From Sphyrna mokarran (lineage: Eukaryota), in contig JAGIQG010000003.1 of NCBI GenBank assembly GCA_024679065.1, forward strand, positions 91,326,001 to 91,390,000: a DNA stretch of 64,000 nucleotides, given 5' to 3'. Made by a program: the position numbers and the translations under genes. The notes under the pieces were generated by a model, which was given only the letters and a program-made list of their open reading frames with translations, was not told the origin of the DNA and made no database searches. The stretch's first letter is position 1. Each line of letters opens with the position of its first letter. Shown here piece by piece: positions 25,538 to 39,252 of the stretch.

Positions 25538-25680
25538 CATAGAGGTTTACAGCACAGCACACAAGCCCTTCAGCCCATCATGTCTGTGCTGACCATTAAA
25601 CATCTATCTCATCTAATCCCATTTTTCAGCATTTAGCCTCTATTTTTTGTTTGTTATGGTGTTTCAAATGCTCATCAAGA
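25538..25680 (-). mobile_element. CR1-type 3' end
   Basis: catagaggtttacagcacag...gcccttcagcccatcatgtctgtgctg is the reverse complement of a CR1/HE1-type tail. Confidence 0.6.
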
Positions 25681-26339
25681 TATCCATTTCGGGTAATTTC
25701 TTCATGTCAGTTCATGACAAGCTATCCAAAAAGGAGGCATTTTCAAAGCTGCTGTGCATCATGGTTATTCAGCATAAAATTCATTAAAAGAAATGATTAT
25801 GTTGGAACAAAAAAAAAACCCCATGCCAGTAACAAGCTCCAGAGGTCTTGTGAATAAAGTGACAGGTTGGTATGTTACCAAATTGTACAGACCACATCTG
25901 TGCTGAATTAATTAATCTGATTGATCCAAGTCTGGTCAGTAATATTCCACTGCAGTTGGCTTAAGTACCCCTTAGACTGAAGTAGGCAAAATCATTCAGG
26001 ATTCCTACACTGGGTTGGTTTGCTGATGGCCTGTGGAAGTGGGGTAGGGGTGACCAGCATCCCACAGAAGTGATTGAACATAATCCACCATGTCATAGCT
26101 AGGAATTGAATGAGAGACCCAGAAAATCCTTTCATTCATGAGAAGATCGTCTGCAGTTCATGTGGTCCCAAGCTATTCCAAAATCAAAGAGTGTTCCACA
26201 CGGGTGAACAAACAATGGTCAGTGTATTTTTGCAATGATTGAGCTTTCCTTCCAACACACAGAATTTGACCAGAAATTCATAATCTTTCCCACTTTTCAC
26301 CAACTCCCAATCTTTGCACTGTTACTTTAAGGATTGTTT

Positions 26340-27140
26340 AATAAGAAACAGAAACATAGAAAATAGGAGCAATAGGATGTCATTCGGCCTTTTGAGCCTG
26401 TTCCACTGTTCATTATGATCATGACTGATCATCCAACTCAATAACCTGATCCTGCCCTCCCTTCATATCCTTTGATCCCTTTCACCTCAAGTGCTATATC
26501 TAATTGCTTTTTGAAAACATACAATGTTTTCGCCTCAACTATTTTCTGTGATAGTGAATTCCTCAGGCTGACCACTGTCTGGGTGAAGAAGTTTCTTCTC
26601 ATCTCTGTCCTAGATCGTGATCACTGGTTCTGGGCACCTCCACCATCATGAGCATCCTTCTTGCACAAACCTATCTGGTCCTGTTGTAGTTTTATAGGTT
26701 TCTATAAAATTCCTCCCTCATTCTTCTGAACTCCAGTGCATACAATCCTAACTGACTCAATTTCTCCTCGTACATCATCCCACCATCAGATTCATCCTAG
26801 GAATCTGCCTAGTAAACCTCCTCTGCACTCCGTTTAGAGGAAGAACATCCTTTCTCTGATAAGGACCAAAACTGCACACAATATTCCAGGTGTGGCCTTA
26901 CCAAGATCCTATTTAATTTCACTAAGATACCTCTGTACCTGTACTTGAATCCTCTCACTATGGAGGCCACTATATCACTTGTCTTCTTTACTGCCTGCTG
27001 CACCTGCATGCTTACCTTCAGCAACTGGTTTATGAGGATACCCAGCTCTCGTTGCTTATTCCCCTCTTCTAATTTATGGCCATTCAGATAGTAATGCCTT
27101 CCCATTTTTTACTGCAGTTTTTGCAACTAAAATGGATAGC
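26340..27140 (-). mobile_element. CR1 (HER1-like) LINE 3' fragment
   Basis: ORF 26809..27105(-) YYLNG.KL....QRELG...LKVSMQVQQAVKK...RGFKYR...LVRPHLEYCVQFWS; tail tttctatg at ~26345. Confidence 0.92.
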
Positions 27141-28979
27141 TTTTGTTTCTGAACCTCCTCTTTCCAATTCCACTGAGCAATTTGATGGCGAGCCAGATAG
27201 TTTGTACTGAATTGACAGAGGGGTTGCTTGATAAATGAGCCAGATAAATTCACCAGGGGTGGTGGTGGACAGTGTGAAAGGATGGAGTTATTGAGTTACC
27301 AAAACTACAGCCTCTGTTTGACAGCCCAACAGGTCTGTAACCAGTTCCTACTGAGGCAAGCAATCTCTCCAACTTCCTTTGTCATTATTATGTGCATGTA
27401 ATGAGGTTTTATATTCAACCATTTTCTGATGAGAAATCTTGTTGAGCCTGAGCCCTGAGCATGCAAGCAGCTCCAGTTTCCTGGCATTTTGTTTTCTGGA
27501 ACATTTTCCTGTTTTTTTTCCCCCTAACCTTTGCCCTACGCGTTTCCAATCTCATGCTGTAACAGGGGAAACATTCCCTGAATGTGTGAACTGTCTTGCC
27601 ACCACTAAGCATTAAATTGTGCTAAATTATGATTTAAGGCGCTGTCTGTTTTCCTTTTATCACCTGCAGTACTAACTGAGGATCACCACAGGATTCATTC
27701 ATCAAGCACCATCTCCATCGGCTGAAGCTCGGCTATTTATTTATATAATGTGACAGGAGACAGCAGCTGCTAATTATGGATAGATTACTGCGTGTGTGAG
27801 GCCTACATCAGGATCGCTGAAAGTGAATGGCACAGCAGGGGTCTGGTGTCAGCCATTCTCCTTGCATCAAACTGCAATCAAAATACACTTTCTTTTGTCA
27901 TTAACAGAGGGTGGGGGAGGACCTAATTGCCTTTGAGCTGTACATCACTGTCAGCACAAACACGGATGTTTGATTCCCCCATTTATATCCTCGGCACTGC
28001 CTTCGAAGACAGCAATGTTTTATGAACCAGGCCTTGCCTGTTCGCCTGGAAAGACAGGATGCCACCTCATGAGCTAGTTTCACTTCTCATATACATTACG
28101 TTAGATTCAGTATGCAAAAAAGTCAAAACCAGCCTGCACACTAGGGGCCTCGAGGTTCAAGGCAGAAGAGCACTGCTGGTGACAGATGTAAACATTTCAG
28201 TGCTGGCACTTGCTGCCAAGGTTGGCATATTATCCTGATGCTGCTGTTGAAATTACTGGTCTGTGTGGAGCCATGCTCGAAAACAAGTGAAGCCATCCAT
28301 GCCCCCTTTGCTCTAGGCTATTTCAGTTCTGGCCTCACATTATCAGCAGAACAAATTTTAATGCAGGCAGCTGCACCATATCACCAGTGATGCCAATCTT
28401 TTAAGTATTGAAATTAGTGAGCCTTGACCAAATTTGCTGGGTATTGAGGGGCGGGGCCTGCCCGAGGGTCTCAGCGGTGTCTAGCGGCAGAGCCACCAGG
28501 GAGCACAGAACAAAGCCTGAATATTTTCAGAAATTTTGCAGGCAAAAGGACAGCTATTCTTGAAAGAGAATATTGGATATTCAGAATTGCTTCCCTGAAT
28601 TTTATATTAAAAATGAAATGTCAGCAGGGCATCCCATCCTAAGCTCTTTACAACATTATTGAGCATTCTCACAATGTCTATGGAAGTATAATTTTTAAAT
28701 ATCGAATACTTTATTAACCTTCTGGTAAGGGCACCATTTTTCAGTATTAAACACCTTATTAACCTCATAGAAAGGGCATGTCAGTGGTAAATAAACTATT
28801 GCATTTTTTTATTAATCTGTTCATGGGAGTGGCTTTGTTGGCAAAGTCAGCATTTATTGTCAGGGAAACTTCATTGGTTTTGGGCATGCATTTCATGTTA
28901 CCTTTCTTGACCTCTGGGCATCGCAAACCCCTGCAAGACAGTGACATATGCTTGAAGTGCAGTCACTTGTGATGGAGGA

Positions 28980-29630
28980 ACTGCAGCAGCTAATTTGTGC
29001 ACTTCAATGTTTCACAAACAATACTGCGATAATGACCACACAATCTGCTCTTATGTGTTGATTAAGTGTTGATTAGTAGATGGCATGGTGGGCACAGTTG
29101 CTTCACAGCACCAGGGATCCAGGTTTGATTTCCAGCTTGGGTCACTGTGTGAAGTTTGTACGTTCTTCCCCTATCTGTGTGGGTTTCCTCCCACAGTCCA
29201 GAGATATATGAATTAGGTTGATCGGCCATTTTAAATTGCCCCTTAGTGTCAGGGGGACCAGCTAGGGTAAATGCATAGGATTACTGGGATAGGGCCTGGG
29301 TGGGGTGTGGTTGGTGCAGACTGGATAGGCCGAATGGTCTCCTTCTGCACTGTAGATTGCACTATGCACCATAATTGCAAGTTAAATTTTGGCTGGGTCA
29401 CTAGAGAGAATTCCTTTCCTCTGTGTAATAGTACAATGAGATATTTCATATTCACCTAAGGAGCCAAGCTCAACTTAACACGCCAGCCAAAAGAAGGTAT
29501 CTGTAACAGTGCAGCACTCCCTCAGTTCTGCAGTGCAGTGTCAACCTAGATATTGTGCTCAACTTTCAGGAGTTTGACTCCATAACTATCAACTGCAGAG
29601 GCAAGAGTGCTTCACACTGAGCCACAACTA
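28980..29630 (-). mobile_element. DeuSINE-like SINE split by an HE1 SINE
   Basis: Reverse complement of the Deu-like core (acagtgcagcactccctcag...gtgtcaacctaga...tgtgctcaa) at ~29500-29630, with the tail part at ~28980-29078. Confidence 0.6.
29079..29366 (+). mobile_element. HE1 SINE (V-SINE with CR1-type tail)
   Basis: tRNA head (cacagcaccagggatccaggtttgatt), V-domain and tail ggccgaatggtctccttctgcactgtag. Confidence 0.85.
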
Positions 29631-29699
29631 ACAGGACACAAAGGATTACAATCATTTTGAGCATTGTTTACATAAACTTTCTAAACCTTTTGTTTAAAA

Positions 29700-30060
29700 A
29701 AGAAGTTGACCTCGCAAAGGTGTTTGAAACTAGGAGGAGATTTGATCATATTGAGAAACAAATTCCTTTGGAGAGTGAGATGAGGGACATTAAATTTGGA
29801 GAGAGGTCATTTAGGAGTGAAATCAGGAAGGACTTTTTCACATAAAGGATAGTGGAAATCTAGAAACTCTCCACAAAATCTGTAGATGCTTCATGAGTTG
29901 GAGCTTTCAAGGGTCAGTTCAATAGACGTTCATTAAGTAAGAATATTAATGGATATGGAACAAAGGAAGGTAAATGGAGATGAGGTACATATCAGCTAGG
30001 ATCTAATTAAATGGCGGAACAAGCTTTAGGAGCTGGCTGGCTTATTTTTGTTCTTATGCT
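29700..30060 (+). mobile_element. CR1 3' fragment
   Basis: Translates FRSEIRKDFFT*R.V..*K.L, followed by the CR1 3' UTR. Confidence 0.75.
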
Positions 30061-30419
30061 AGAGCACCACTGATAATGGGCATGCATAGTTTGTAGGAAG
30101 TGTTGTTACTTGGGGGGAGGGAGATTCAAATTCCTCAGTATAAAAATAAGGGGAAAAAAGCAAATGTGCCAACTAGCAAATGTTGGCTCCACAAAGCTCC
30201 CTAAACTCATGTGGGAGCCTTTGTTCAATAATTATTGTCCACTGAGGTGAAAGCAAAATTCTGGGGCTACTGGAAAACTGAAACAAAAACAGAAAATTCT
30301 GGAAACAATTAGCAGGTCTGGAAGTATCCCTGTAGCAAGAAACAGTACTTGTCTTATGTTATCTATAGATGCAGCAACAATTTGTACGTATATACTATCT
30401 TTACGTAATAAAATGGTCC

Positions 30420-31330
30420 AATGTGCTTCACAGAAACATCAAAACACAAAGTTTCACTCTGACTCTCGCGAGGAGGTATGAGGGCAGATGATCAAAAGCT
30501 TGGAATAAAGATAGGTTTTCAGGAGCAACAAAAAGGAGAGAGGAGAGTACGAGGTGAGGAGAAGTATACGGAGGGAATTCCTGATCTTGAGGCCAAGGCA
30601 ATTTACACTGACCCACAGTGGAATGATTTAAAGTAGAGACGTTCAAGAGGCCAGAATGAGAAGAACACAGATATCTTAGGGAGTGGGAGAAGATTGCAGG
30701 AGTAGGGAGGGATGAGGTGGAGGGGCTCGAAACAAGGATGAAAATGTTAAAATTGAGGCATTGCTTAATTAGGAGCCAGTGTAGGCTCTGTGAACATTTT
30801 GGTGATGGCTGATTGGGACTTGGTGCAGGTTATACCATAGGCAGCAGATTTGGATGAAATGGAAGAAGTAATGAGGGAGATTGACCAGTATTGCATTGAA
30901 GGAATCAAGTCTCAACAGAACAAAGGCATGGTGAGAGTTTCAGCAATAGATGAACTGAGGCAGGGGTGGAATTGGGCAGTGGTTGGCCACGCCATGGAGG
31001 GACCCATCATGGGGATGTGGCAGGCAAGCCAAAAGTCCATTGGCTTCTAGCAGGACAGGAAGATGCTGGCAGTGGGCAGGACTGAAATTCCAGCCAATGT
31101 TACTAAGCTGGAAGCAGATGATCTTACTGATTGCATGAATATGTGGTCAGAAGCTCAACCAAAAGCCAAATATCACACTTAGGTTGTAAACTGAGTGGAT
31201 CACCCTTGGTCTGTTGCCACTGAGAGGATTGTAATCAGTGGCTAGGGAGCAAGATTTTCAGTGGAGGGAGAAAACAATCGCGTTGCTAATCTTTAATTTC
31301 TGGAAAAATCCGTACATCGAGTACTGGATG
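30420..31330 (-). mobile_element. L2 LINE fragment with a small MITE-like insert at ~30985-31095
   Basis: L2-type reverse-strand phrases (gatcaaaagcttgg, agggaattcc, aaacaaggatga, ggtcagaagctcaa) shared with other L2 copies in the window. Confidence 0.65.
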
Positions 31331-31509
31331 TTTCTGTAGGAATAGTTTCCGAAGCTCAGATGTATCTCGGATTAGTTAAGTGTAAGAATGACTCTTCTTT
31401 ATAGATGGTGGGTATAAAATTGGAGAGTTAGCTGAACCGTGATGCCTCATAGCCTTGTAAGAACTGGCTGTGGAAGTGAATTGACCAAATTATATATATT
31501 TTTAATTTC

Positions 31510-31891
31510 TTCTTTATGGAACATGTGTATCACTATCAAGGATAATACTCGATGCCATCCCTAATTGCCCTTGAACCGGATGGCTTACTAGGCCACTTCT
31601 TAGGATGGTTAAGAGTCAACCAATTGCTATGGGCCCAGAGTTACACGTAGGTCCGACCACGTGAGGATGGCAAATTTTCTTCCATAAAGGATATTAGTGA
31701 ACCAAGTTGGTTTTTATGACAATCGATGACAGTTTATATGGGTTACCAATACTGAAACTAGTTTTCAATTATAGATTTTATTCTGCCAGCTGTTACGGTA
31801 GGATTTGAATCTGTATCCTCAAAGCATTAGCCTGTGCCTATGCTTCTGAATTACTAATCCATTGGCATTACCACTGTACCACCATCTTCCC
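31510..31891 (-). mobile_element. tRNA-head SINE with Meta-domain-like core
   Basis: Reverse complement has a tRNA-like head, core ttggttcactaatatcctttatggaagaaaatttgccatcc and tail caagggcaattagggatgg shared with the second LINE family. Domain name from memory. Confidence 0.55.
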
Positions 31892-32622
31892 AAAAATATA
31901 TACAGAGGGAGAACTTAATTTTTAATAAAACTGCTTTTTTCTTTTATATTTTAATATGATCTGTAATATCTTCTTGGCCTCTTCTTGTTTGGTTGACTGC
32001 ATATTACTATAACTGCAGCCCAGAGTAGCATAATAGCATTCATACCATTTATCTAAAAGGCACCTGATATTGGCAGGATATTCCAATCCGTTCTTTCACT
32101 GGGATATATAGTAGGATTATGGATATAGAAATGAGGGATCAAAATAACCTTTCATCTTCTTGCAGGAAACAAAGACATGTTGGAACTATATATAGCACAA
32201 TAAAGCACACTTACAATCACCTCAGATACAGTTTAGAGTATAAATGAATCCCGATTGTTCAATTATTCTCTATGTTACTGAATGAAATGGCACTTCTGTT
32301 GCACTGATGTTATTATTACCTGTGTTTATCGAGAATTTGAACCCTAATCCTCCACTGTTTTGTCTATAAAGAGCAATGGAATGCACCTCTCAGATTTATG
32401 AAGACCTGTGCATCCAGTTACAAAAGGGCCTGATCCCCATCTGCTTGCCAACAAAATCCATTAATTACGCCAAAGTATTCATTCATGTTCAGCAAAACAT
32501 CTTACATTTCAATCTTTTTGGCAATGTGCAGTCAATTTTAGACCAGACTTCCAATATGAGAAGCCAGACAGAGAATAAAGTGTCCCTGTTGAATTTGAAT
32601 CTTTTTCTTGTCCTCCCTTGAT

Positions 32623-32790
32623 CATATGAAATAAGAGCAGAATTAGGCCATTCAGCCCATTACATCTGCTCCACATTCAGTTATGGCTGATGAGTTTCTT
32701 GTCTTTTCCCTATAAACTTTGATCCCCTTACCAATTGGGAACCTATTTCTGCCTTATATACATTCAATGATCTGGCTTCCACAGCCTCCC
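32623..32790 (-). mobile_element. CR1 3' end
   Basis: gaaataagagcagaattaggccattcagccc...tatggctgat. Confidence 0.7.
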
Positions 32791-32992
32791 TCCCACACTA
32801 TCACTTTTTCTCCACTCTTAAACCCTCAGATTTATCAATTTTTGAATAATTGTTGAGAATGTAATTTTCCAAGTTAGCCTGTATTCTGTGCTTATTTAGC
32901 TGTGTCCAGTCAGGCTGTCATGGGGCACCGCATTTAAATTGAATGTGTGTGTCCTGAAGAGAGCAAAAGGTCTGCTCATTGACAACTAATTA

Positions 32993-33280
32993 GGGTGGCA
33001 TGGTGGCACTGTGGTTAGCACTGCTGCCTCACAGTGCCAGGGACCCAGGTTCAATTCCTGGCTTAGGTCACTGTCTTTGTTCTGTCTGTGTGTCTGCATG
33101 GGTTTCCTTTGGGTGTTCCTCCCACAGTCCAAAGATGTGCCGGTTAGGTGTACTGGTCACGCTGAATTCTCCCTCAGTGTACCCGAACAGGCGACTAAGG
33201 AATTTTCACAGTAACTTCATTGCAGTATTAATGTAAGCCTACTTGTGACACTAATAACTAATAACTTGTGACACTAAACT
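32993..33280 (+). mobile_element. V-SINE (alternative tail)
   Basis: gggtggcatggtggcactgtggttagcactgctgcctcacag, B-box ggttcaattcc, V-domain and tail ttcacagtaacttcattgcagtattaatgtaagcctacttgtgacactaata with a terminal duplication. Confidence 0.9.
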
Positions 33281-33374
33281 TTTACTTTACTATTTACTTC
33301 TGCTGGAAGGTGGTTTTATTTGTGGACATTCTGCAATAATATTCACAATGAAGTTCCTCATAGTTGAATAAATT

Positions 33375-33677
33375 CCCATACAATAGAAAGAGGCCATTGG
33401 TCCCATCGAGTCTGTGCTGGCCACAATCCCACCCAGGCCCTACTCCCATAACCTCATGCATTTACCTTGCTATTCCCCCAACACTGGGGTCAATTGAGCA
33501 TGGCCAATCAATCTAACCCATACATCTCTGGAGTGTGGGAAGAAGCCACAGCACCCAAAGGAAACTCATGTAGACAAAGGGAGAAAGTGCAAACTCCAGA
33601 CAGGCAGTCACCTGAGGCTGGAATTAACATGAGATCCTGGTTCTGTGGGGCAGCAGTGCTAGCCATTGTGCTGCCCA
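33375..33677 (-). mobile_element. HE1 SINE
   Basis: Reverse complement shows tRNA head, V-domain and CR1-type tail. Confidence 0.85.
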
Positions 33678-33759
33678 GTACTCTCTATTTATGCTTATAT
33701 GTCTAGGCCTGGCTGTTTCCATAAAATGTTTAAAATTCTGACAGGGCTGGTCTGAAGAT

Positions 33760-34038
33760 GCAGAATAGGCCATTTAGGACCTGAATGCAAAGAAACTTCT
33801 TCATTCAGAGGCTGGTGATTTTGTGGAATTCTCTACCACAGAAGGCTGTGGAGATCAAGTCACTGAGTACACTGAAGAAGAAAATAGCTAGGTTTCTAGA
33901 CTCTAAAGGTGTCAAGGGATATAGGGAGAGTACGGAATTATGGCATTGAGATAGGAGATCAGCTACGATCATATTGAATGTCAGAGCAGATTCAAAAGGC
34001 CAAATGACATACTCCTGCTCCTATTTTCTACATTTCTA
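33760..34038 (+). mobile_element. CR1 3' fragment
   Basis: Translates RPFRT*MQRNFFIQRLV.LWNSLPQKAVE, then the 3' UTR and tail. Confidence 0.85.
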
Positions 34039-34344
34039 AAATGATATAAGTCAGGTGAAGAGGACACACCTTTCATGTTTGATACCTATTCACCCTTCCA
34101 TGTCAGAGGGCAATACAAACTATGAAGATTACTTGTTCCTTGCTCTGCGCTGGACCTTAACCTGCCAATAAGAGCAAAGGGACTGCAATTGGCTTCACCA
34201 TTATCAGATAGGCAAAATAAAAATCAGCCAATGTTCCAGCTTCTGACTGTTATCCAGCAATGGAGTATACATGAACATGGGAATGAGCTCAGGCTTGACA
34301 ATGTTGCCCTTGCAGTTGGATGTCTGATGAGATTTGCCATTCTA

Positions 34345-37160
34345 TATCAAAATATTCCATTTATATAGCTCCACTAAAGTAGAAAACTGCCTCAGAGATG
34401 CAATCAAATCAATGGATGCTAAGACAAAGGAGGAGCTATAAAGAGAAGGGACCAAAAATATTATCAAAAGATTGGACATTAAAAGAGTCTTAAAGCAGAA
34501 GCGGGAGATGTAGAGGTGGAAAATGTTAGGAAAAGAATCTAATTAATTGAAACCATGGCTCCCAGTAGTGGGTGAAAAGAGGCAGGATATTTGAGAGTCA
34601 GTCAGAGAAACAGGTAGCTCAGGAAGATAGGGTTTAGGGCTGGGATGGTTACTGAGATGGATAGAATGGTCCAGCCATAAAGGGAATTAAGCACAAAAAT
34701 GTACCATTTCAGATTTATGACTAGGTTGGCAAAGCCGAAAGATGATTGCAGGGAGAGATTTGGTGTGGAATAGGACAAGTCCAACAGTATTTAAAGGGAG
34801 CCAGTGTGTGAGCATTTTAATGAGTCTGCAGATCATAAATTTATGGCAAATAATTTCAGCAGTAAATGGGCTATGGTCAGTGTAAAGGCAGATAATATTA
34901 TGGGGGGTGTCATATCCTATGCCAGAGAGGGTACGATATTGTGAAAATGAATCTCAAGGATTACCAACAGTTTGGGCAGTCTGATTCAACCTCAACCAGG
35001 GAAGGGATTGACAAGGGAACAGAATTTTTTTTGGAGCCAAAGGTTATTTTTAAGTCTTATTTGTTTCCGCAGGCAATTCGGTCCACCTTGTTGACCAACA
35101 AGGGGCATGCATGCGGCATGTCGTGCGAGAGCTGTTCTTGGAGGTTGCTTCAGGAGTTGCCTAGTGCTTCACATCGTCAGTGTATGCTTAAACTGGACCA
35201 TCTGATGGGCATCATGACAGCTCAGAGACTATCGCTGTTGCTGTGATGACACATGGATTTGGGCCTGTGTCTGCGGGAGTTTGCGCGTTCTCCCTGTGGT
35301 TGCGTGGGTTTCCTCCAGGTGCTCCGGTTTCCTCCCACATCCCAAAAATGTGCTCTTAGGCTCATTGGGTAACAAATTGTCCCTATATTGGTCTCTATAT
35401 GGGAATCTTCAACAATAGGCATAGCCTAAAGTCAAGGATATGTCATTAGGACGTTAGGACGGCGGCGTGGGCTCGTTGGGCCGAAGAGCCTGTTTCCCGT
35501 GCTGTGTTGCTCTTTGTTCTTTGTTTGTTTGTTATAGCACCGGTCTTCCCAATATTTGTCTGAGGAAATCACAACTCATTCAGGATTGATTGATGCAGCA
35601 GTAATTTGTCAGTACAGAAACAGTAGAAAGATAGAAACCAGTGTCACTGAATACCCGTGGAAGTTGATTTAATATTTGAAGGTGATGGCCTTGATTTTTA
35701 TCCTTGAAGCAGGTAATGGGAGTCAGGAAAATCCACAGCTTGACCAGCTCATCTTGGGAGAAATTGTCCATCAACTCAGGATATTCATTGCTGAAGAGTG
35801 GATGTGGATAGGAGGCAAGCCAGCTAACCCAGAAAATATTTGGGGGCAGCCACAGGAACTGCCCGGTGTGAGGGGTGGCTGTTTAAAGGGTCTATTTTGC
35901 TGTTTGAGACTTTGTTCCAGTTAAAATACAAGCATAAAGGCCTTCACCTCTCACCTTCCAACATTTCCCTGCCCCTCATTCCCCCCATCTGCCTCATGTA
36001 GCCCCTCATGCCACTCCATGCCATGCTCTTCCCTTCCACTCCCTTTCTTATGTCCCCTCATTTCCCCCAATGCCAAGCTGTGGCACTCCCATATCCCCCT
36101 ATTGACTCATGCATTGTCCAGAACCAATGAACCCTATAGTGACAATGGAACATGTAAAAAAAACTTGGAAGAAACATAATTAATTCATAACTTTTTCCTA
36201 CGTTGAAACAAATGTTATTTCTCCACAAGCTAAAGAAGTGTTAATCATCTCGACCATTTAAATTACCAATAACAAAAACCACAAACACTTGAAATCACTT
36301 AACATTGTGTGAACAAACATTGTGAGTGACAACAGAGAACAGAGAGTCTGAGCTGTCAGTCAAAGAATGTTTTCTTTGGAGTGCAGCTATTTCAACAAGA
36401 GTAATGATTATCTGAGCTCTCAGTCAAAAGGAGAGGGTTATAATGAATTAATTTTTTTCAAATTTTTTTTGAACATATCTTACCATCATTACAAGGTTCA
36501 TTGGTTTTGTTGGTTCATTGTTTCTTGACAGTGTATAGGAATCAATGGACATGAAATAGCCATTAGCTTGGTATAGAGGACATGAGGGACTATAAGGACA
36601 GGGTGAAAGGGCTGAGCTTGGCATAAGGGGCATGAGGGCCTCCTTTGGAAATTACCTTTTTAATGGTTACCTTATGCAAATCAGGGTTCACAACTCCTCC
36701 TTGGTGCCATGAATTATGAGTCTTTAAAAGTCTGGACCCACTCCATGAAAATTGAGGAGGAATCAGGGTGGTATTTCTTGTGGAGTGAGTGACTTTGGCT
36801 CTTTTAGAAAGGAACTATGGCAGGCCCCTGAAGAGAAAGAAGCATTTCTGATGTCACATAATTTTGGGGCCAGGAAGAGAATTTAAATTATTAGCAGTTT
36901 AGTGAGAGTGGAATCAGGAACACAGGAACAATGGATGAAAAAAGATCAGCGGGGGCATCATTGGAGTTGGGAGAGAAACTGGAGACTGGCTTTCAGAGCC
37001 AAAGTGTGAGCCATGAGGTGGATCTCGGTTTTGGAAATGAAGGAAAACAGCAGAGGCTGGGGGCATGGGAAATTGTAGAGGAACTGAATAAATGGTCTGT
37101 ATCTTGGTAACAAAGAACTATTCACATGTGTTGTTAGAGGTGATGGTGGAATAGTGGAAG
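34345..37160 (-). mobile_element. L2 LINE remnant with nested insertions (35048-35530 and ~35795-36830)
   Basis: L2 3' end in reverse (catttatatagc) at ~34358. L2 sequence continues across the insertions (ggagccaaag | ...cggtcttcccaatattt). Confidence 0.55.
35048..35530 (+). mobile_element. Unusual V-SINE-like element, copy 2
   Basis: Same acceptor, structured head, V-domain and CR1-type tail as 5650-6248. Inserted in L2 with candidate TSD gttat at 35043-35047 and 35531-35535. Confidence 0.8.
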
Positions 37161-39252
37161 GGGACAGATGCTATTGGAGAAAAAAATTCCATGCTCAGGC
37201 ATGAAGAATGACCATCCGAGCAAGTTGCTGGAATGTCATTGTTAGTGGGGTTATGCATATGTGTGTCATTTATTTGAGAGAGTACATGCTTTTATGCGTA
37301 TATAACATAACTGTGTGCACATATGTAAATGCTGTCACAGGCAGTGTGAAGTGAACTGTTAGCTGGATGCTCGGTTTCACAGGTGCAAGGCTGTGTCAGT
37401 TGCTTTCTGGTGTTCTATAATTAAAGTAAAGCTTAAATAGAACCATGCTCTAATGTCTTTCCATCTCATTACCAGAACAAGTTCACAGCCAGGAGAGTTG
37501 ACTGGAGTAAGTCCAAAGAGAAAAAAGATACAGAAATAGAATAGATTTTAATCCCTGCACTCCAGTCATTTGTGAAACACTTTTAACCCTTTCACTCCTG
37601 TGGTGTGGCATATTTAATTTATTCAATGATTATTAAAGGGACTCTGACTCTTATTACAATGTTAAGCAAACCATTGTTAGTTGGTCCAGGGTTGCAATGG
37701 TAATAATGCAACTTCTGTTAAGATATATCAGTATTGATTGTGACTGATACACGATATCTTCCCCACCTTAATGATGCCCAGCTTTTTGGCGCTTTCAATC
37801 CCAAGGTGGAAATATAATATTAGCTTAAATTAAGCCTTGAACTGACTCCACATTTATTTTCTGATATTTGCCCTCATCAAAGTGCCATAGAATAGAAAAC
37901 TTTCTAAATTGGCCTTAATGGCTCCTTTGGCCCCACTTGCTGAAACTTGAGCCCATAAACCCGATTAACACTTCAGGGCAATGCTAAGGACAAGATATTA
38001 AAGCTAGCCACTACTGTCCTGTCAGGTCGACATTCAAAAATCCCATGGGGAAATATGAAGGAGGAAAGAAAGAAACCACAACCCAATTAGACAACCATTG
38101 TTCCTTTCTGTGCCAATCAGCTGTGTCCAGCAAAAGTGTCTTGCCAAGATATCATTGTTCAAATCGACACCTTGTAGGAGGGAGGGAGATGCCTGGATAT
38201 ACTCGGGCTGCTTACAGCGGTTCAGCAGTGTACAGATTGGAGACAGAGGGGAGGGTTTCTCTTGAACACTGTTTGAGTTTAATGAAGTATTTTATCAGCA
38301 GAAATGTTTTAGCTCTGTGGTAACTTTCTCATTGTGTGAGACCCAAAGGATCTGTGTGAAAAGTGCAGAATAATAAGGTCTCCTGGGGTCTGGCATTCTA
38401 CCAGAGCAGCCCTGCTTTGTGTGCAGGAGAAAATCCTGACTATAGAACTGGTAATCTATGCTCCAGTGTCTGAGGGGCTGTCTGAATTTTACATCCTTTT
38501 AGAAAAAAAGTTACTTTTAATCTAAACTATCCCTCCACTTTAAAGAATGAGGAGCAGAGTCAGTGGCAATCAGACTTACCTAAGAGAAGGTATTCCTGTT
38601 TGTTACTATGAAAAAAAAACAGCCAGCTATAGCTGTATTTAAAGCTTTTTGGTTGGAAAGGACACCCACAAATAAATGAATCCTGGCTCAAGGCACAGTG
38701 AGGACTGTGAAGCAAAGGGTAGATGATAATGGCGAACAGAGTCCCTCTTAGTCTGATATCCAGTACCCAGAACAGGCATCAAGATCAAAAAGGATGCTTT
38801 TCCCTCTTTGGCAGGTCGCACAATATTTGTTGAGAGTCTATAGAACCCAACTTGTTCCAGTAAATATTTGACTGAAGGCACACAGTCATGTATTTGTGAC
38901 CTGCATTTACAGCTGCTAAGTTGTTTAAGTGGTGTGTTAATGCTGCTAGTTTCTTTTTGCACAGATTATGCAGCTGGTCACTGTAGTACAAGGGCTGGTC
39001 TGGCACATATAGGGTTAATGTGGGACTGAATACTGTACAGCTCACACAGTGAAATAAGAGAGCACGAGACCCACACCCCGGGTCAGTCTAGTTTTGGGCA
39101 AAATGGTATGTAGCAGCAAACATGCATACTCTTCCTATATTATACCCTTTTCTATATATTTGTAAGAGTCAATAAAGACTTAATGTGTTAATTTATATGT
39201 GTCTACAAAGACTTCATCAGAGCTACTGAACTGCAAACAACATGTTACAATA

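Noticed and set aside
27638-27660. RE1/REST site (ggcgctgtct)
   Set aside because: Only one half-site matches.
35196-35280. Hammerhead ribozyme in the unusual SINE head (CTGATGG...GACA...GTC)
   Set aside because: Both core boxes deviate, copy 1 has TTGATAT/GATA, and no stem I forms.
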